Positions 55,773-64,000 of a stretch of 64,000 bases of DNA are shown here, piece after piece. Origin of the DNA: Escherichia coli (GTDB taxonomy: Bacteria > Pseudomonadota > Gammaproteobacteria > Enterobacterales > Enterobacteriaceae). Position 1 is the first letter of the stretch, and each line of letters begins with the position of its first letter. The stretch lies in NCBI RefSeq assembly GCF_013315695.1, contig NZ_CP054353.1; one strand, written 5' to 3'. The notes beneath the pieces were generated by a model that saw nothing but the letters and a program-made list of their open reading frames with translations, had not been told where the DNA came from and did no database searches. Made by a program: the position numbers and the translations under genes.

Positions 55773-57062
55773 TTATTTGTCTGTTATATCCGCGTCTTCT
55801 GCGTCCAGCACCACTTCTTCAGGGCGCAGCACACTAATCAGTTTGAAGACCAAACTTAAGCCGATACCGACGATGGTCGCCAGCGCCATACCTTTCAGCT
55901 CCGCCGCGCCGATGTTTACCTTCGCGCCACTGACGCCGATGATCAAAATCACGGAAGTCAGGATCAGGTTCTGTGCTTTGTTGTAATCCACTTTCGATTC
56001 GATCAAAACACGAATACCGGAAGCACCGATGACACCATAAAGCAGCAGCGAAACGCCGCCCATCACCGGCAATGGGATCATCTGGATAGCAGCAGCCAGT
56101 TTACCGACGCAGGAAAGCAGGATAGCGAAAATCGCCGCCCCGCCGATAACCCAGGTACTGTAAACACGGGTGATCGCCATCACGCCAATGTTTTCCCCGT
56201 AGGTAGTATTTGGCGTGGAGCCAAAGAAGCCGGAGATCACGGTCGACAAGCCGTTAGCAAACATCGAACGGTGCAGACCTGGATCGCGCAGCAGATCTTT
56301 TTTGACGATATTAGCCGTTACTACCAGGTGCCCTACGTGTTCGGCAATAACCACTAACGCCGCTGGCAGAATAGTCAGAATGGCAAACCACTCGAAGCGC
56401 GGCGTATAGAGAGTTGGCAGCGCAAACCAGTGAGCATTAATAATCGGCGTGGTATCGACAATTCCCATTGCGAAAGAGAGCGCGTAGCCCACCAGCACGC
56501 CAATTAAAATCGGGATAATTGCCAGGAAACCACGAAACAGCACGGAACCTAAAACCGTGACCGCCAGGGTGGTAATAGAGATGATGATGGTTTTGGAGTC
56601 TGGCGTTTGCCCTTCAGCCGGGAGTAAACCCGCCATACCGGCAGCTACGCCCGCCAGCTCCAGACCGATGACGGCAACGATTGCGCCCATTGCCGCAGGT
56701 GGAAACAGCACGTCCAGCCAGCCGGTCCCCGCTTTCTTCACGATAAAAGAAACCAGGCAGAACAGCACGCCGCACATAATAAAGCCGCCCAGCGCGACTT
56801 CATACCCTAACGGCAACAGTAACAATACCGGTGAAATAAAGGCAAAGCTGGAACCAAGATAAGCCGGGATTTTCCCTTTACAGATGAAGAGATACAGCAG
56901 CGTTCCTATACCGTTAAATAACAGTACAGTCGCCGGGTTAATATGAAATAAGACGGGCACCAGGACGGTTGCACCAAACATGGCGAACAAATGTTGCAAA
57001 CTAAGCGGGATTGTCTGTAAAAGTGGCGGTCTTTCACTCACCCCGATAGCACGGCGCGTCAT
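55773..57062 (-). CDS. uraA: Uracil:H+ symporter UraA
   Basis: 429-aa product from ATG at 57060-57062 ([36 protein letters not shown]...). Confidence 0.93.
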   Translation of the reverse strand: MTRRAIGVSERPPLLQTIPLSLQHLFAMFGATVLVPVLFHINPATVLLFNGIGTLLYLFICKGKIPAYLGSSFAFISPVLLLLPLGYEVALGGFIMCGVLFCLVSFIVKKAGTGWLDVLFPPAAMGAIVAVIGLELAGVAAGMAGLLPAEGQTPDSKTIIISITTLAVTVLGSVLFRGFLAIIPILIGVLVGYALSFAMGIVDTTPIINAHWFALPTLYTPRFEWFAILTILPAALVVIAEHVGHLVVTANIVKKDLLRDPGLHRSMFANGLSTVISGFFGSTPNTTYGENIGVMAITRVYSTWVIGGAAIFAILLSCVGKLAAAIQMIPLPVMGGVSLLLYGVIGASGIRVLIESKVDYNKAQNLILTSVILIIGVSGAKVNIGAAELKGMALATIVGIGLSLVFKLISVLRPEEVVLDAEDADITDK

Positions 57063-57147
57063 AGTATTATCCTCTGTATTATGTGTTATAGGCGCTTTAC
57101 TCAAAAAAAAGCCGACTCTTAAAGTCGGCTTTAATTATTTTTATTCT

Positions 57148-57774
57148 TTATTTCGTACCAAAGATTTTGTCACCGGCATCGCCGAGGCCCGGAATAATGT
57201 ATCCGTGCTCGTTCAGTCCCTGGTCAATCGATGCGGTATACAGTTCGACGTCCGGGTGCGCTTTTTCCAGCGCAGCGATACCTTCTGGCGCAGCTACCAG
57301 TACCAGAACTTTGATGCTGCTGCAGCCCGCTTTTTTCAGCAGGTCGATGGTCGCGATAACGGAACCACCGGTTGCCAGCATTGGGTCAACGATCAGCGCC
57401 ATACGCTCATCGATGTTAGAAACCAGTTTCTGGAAGTACGGTACCGGCTCCAGCGTTTCTTCATTACGGTACATACCGACGACGCTGATACGCGCGCTCG
57501 GAACGTTTTCCAGCACACCGTCCATCATCCCCAGACCGGCACGCAGAATTGGCACAACGGTAATTTTCTTACCTTTGATCTGATCGATTTCTACCGGGCC
57601 GTTCCAGCCTTCGATAGTGACTTTTTCCGTTTCGAGGTCGGCGGTCGCTTCGTAAGTCAGCAGGCTACCCACTTCGGAAGCGAGTTCGCGAAAGCGCTTG
57701 GTGCTGATATCTTGCTCACGCATCAGTCCCAGCTTGTGTTTGACGAGTGGGTGTTTGACTTCCACGATCTTCAT
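57148..57774 (-). CDS. upp: Uracil phosphoribosyltransferase Upp
   Basis: 208-aa product [19 protein letters not shown]... Confidence 0.95.
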
Positions 57775-58019
57775 ACTCTTTCTCCTTTGAGGGGCAGCCA
57801 CAAAAAAAATCGACGGATTATACCTCCTTTCTTCAAGGCGGCAATATTATTTTCGTTGACTTTAGTCAAAATGATAACGGTTTGAGATAAAGTTATTTTG
57901 TATTCAAATGGTTATGGAAGAAGATTATTCCATCCGAAAACGATCCTTTGCCCTGGTACAAGTATTCTTTTGCCGCGCGCCTGGGGAAAAGACGTGCAAA
58001 AAGGTTGTGTAAAGCAGTC

Positions 58020-58035
58020 TCGCAAACGTTTGCTT
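58020..58035 (+). promoter_or_regulatory. Candidate PurR operator (PUR box) upstream of purM
   Basis: TCGCAAACGTTTGCTT, close match to the PurR palindrome, about 65 bp upstream of the purM start. Confidence 0.65.
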
Positions 58036-58080
58036 TCCCTGTTAGAATTGCGCCGAATTTTATTTTTCTACCGCAAGTAA

Positions 58081-59135
<1,055 letters not shown>

Positions 59136-59136
<1 letters not shown>

Positions 59137-59774
59137 TGAATATTGTGGTGCTTATTTCCGGCAACGGAAGTAATTTGCAGGCAATTATTGACGCCTGCAA
59201 AACCAACAAAATTAAAGGCACCGTACGGGCAGTTTTCAGCAATAAGGCCGACGCGTTCGGCCTTGAACGCGCCCGCCAGGCGGGTATTGCAACACATACG
59301 CTCATCACCAGCGCGTTTGACAGTCGTGAAGCCTATGACCGGGAGTTGATTCATGAAATCGACATGTACGCACCCGATGTGGTCGTGCTGGCTGGTTTTA
59401 TGCGCATTCTCAGCCCGGCGTTTGTCTCCCATTATGCCGGGCGTTTGCTGAACATTCACCCTTCTCTGCTGCCGAAATATCCCGGATTACACACCCATCG
59501 TCAGGCGCTGGAAAATGGCGATGAGGAGCACGGTACATCGGTGCATTTCGTCACCGATGAACTGGACGGTGGCCCGGTTATTTTACAGGCGAAAGTCCCG
59601 GTATTTGCTGGTGATACGGAAGATGACATCACCGCCCGCGTGCAAACCCAGGAACACGCTATTTATCCACTGGTGATTAGCTGGTTTGCCGATGGTCGTC
59701 TGAAAATGCACGAAAACGCCGCGTGGCTGGATGGTCAACGTCTGCCGCCGCAGGGCTACGCTGCCGACGAGTAA
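59136..59774 (+). CDS. purN: Phosphoribosylglycinamide formyltransferase PurN
   Basis: 212-aa ORF MNIVVLISGNGSNLQAIIDA...; TAATG overlap with purM. Confidence 0.95.
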
Positions 59775-59790
59775 TGCCCCCGTAGTTAAA

Positions 59791-59817
59791 GCGCCAGCTC
59801 TGCCGCTGGCGTTTTTC
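59791..59817 (+). terminator. Intrinsic terminator after purMN
   Basis: CGCCAGC-TCTGCC-GCTGGCG stem-loop followed by TTTTT. Confidence 0.7.
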
Positions 59818-59945
59818 AATTCACCTGTAAATCGCAAGCTCCAGCAGTTTTTTTCCCCCTTTTCTGGCATAGTTGGACATCTGCCAATATTGCTCGCCAT
59901 AATATCCAGGCAGTGTCCCGTGAATAAAACGGAGTAAAAGTGGTA

Positions 59946-63558
<3,613 letters not shown>

Positions 63559-63596
63559 TGCTTTGCGGGCCGACGAGAAATGTCGGCCCGCATTAT

Positions 63597-64000
63597 TCAG
63601 GCACTTTCGCGAATGGGTTCGATTTCATTCAGCGTATCAATTAACGGTTGCGGCTTACCAATAAGATAACCCTGCATATAATCGATCCCCAAAGAGAACA
63701 CCGCCTCGCGGATCTCTTCGTTTTCAACGTACTCTGCCACTACCCGCATTTTCTTCATTCGCGCCAGGTGGCAAATCGACGCCACTATCTGATAATCCAG
63801 ACTATTTGACACAATATTGCGGATAAAACTGCCGTCAATTTTAAGCAAATCGGCATTCACATTTTTAAGCCGCGCATAGCTGGCATAGCCGGTGCCGAAA
63901 TCATCAATCGCAATCTGGCAGCCTAATTCCTGAAGATGCTGCAAGGTGATTTGCGCCTGCTTAACATTTGTCAGAGCATTACTTTCGGTGACTTCAAAAA
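63597..64000 (-). CDS. pdeF: c-di-GMP phosphodiesterase YfgF/PdeF, C-terminal EAL-domain part only (5' end beyond window)
   Basis: Minus-strand frame open to the window end; EAL-domain motifs (DDFGTGYASY, EYVENEE, GYLIGKP). Confidence 0.8.
   Translation of the reverse strand, partial: FEVTESNALTNVKQAQITLQHLQELGCQIAIDDFGTGYASYARLKNVNADLLKIDGSFIRNIVSNSLDYQIVASICHLARMKKMRVVAEYVENEEIREAVFSLGIDYMQGYLIGKPQPLIDTLNEIEPIRESA

Noticed and set aside
56980-57885. 301-aa + strand ORF
   Set aside because: Antisense to uraA/upp; shadow ORF.

Overview
This window reads as a contiguous stretch of Escherichia coli chromosome, syntenic with the K-12 eut-maeB-talA-tktB ... hyf ... purMN-ppk-ppx region. Gene identities and the K-12 gene order are from recognition of the translated ORFs and from memory; no database search was run. 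In order: the distal eut operon (eutA partial, eutH,G,J,E,N,M,D,T,Q,P,S; minus strand), maeB, talA-tktB, ypfG, nudK, aegA, narQ, acrD, ypfM, yffB-dapE-ypfN, ypfH, tmcA, ypfJ, purC, bamC, dapA, gcvR-bcp, the 12-gene hydrogenase-4 locus hyfABCDEFGHIJR-focB, perM, bepA-yfgD, hda, uraA-upp, purMN, ppk-ppx and the 3' end of yfgF/pdeF. Almost every large ORF is a recognisable housekeeping gene, and I found no tRNA, rRNA, CRISPR array, prophage or novel multi-gene system. Two things depart from the K-12 gene order as I recall it: (1) a complete 768-bp IS1 with a perfect 9-bp target-site duplication inserted five codons before the eutS stop, between the eutS-proximal promoter region and the rest of the operon; (2) an AT-rich segment of about 1.4 kb between eutS and maeB carrying a solitary GT4-family glycosyltransferase. 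These are the most interesting objects here; the rest is well-described core genome, and the other findings are minor regulatory and annotation observations.
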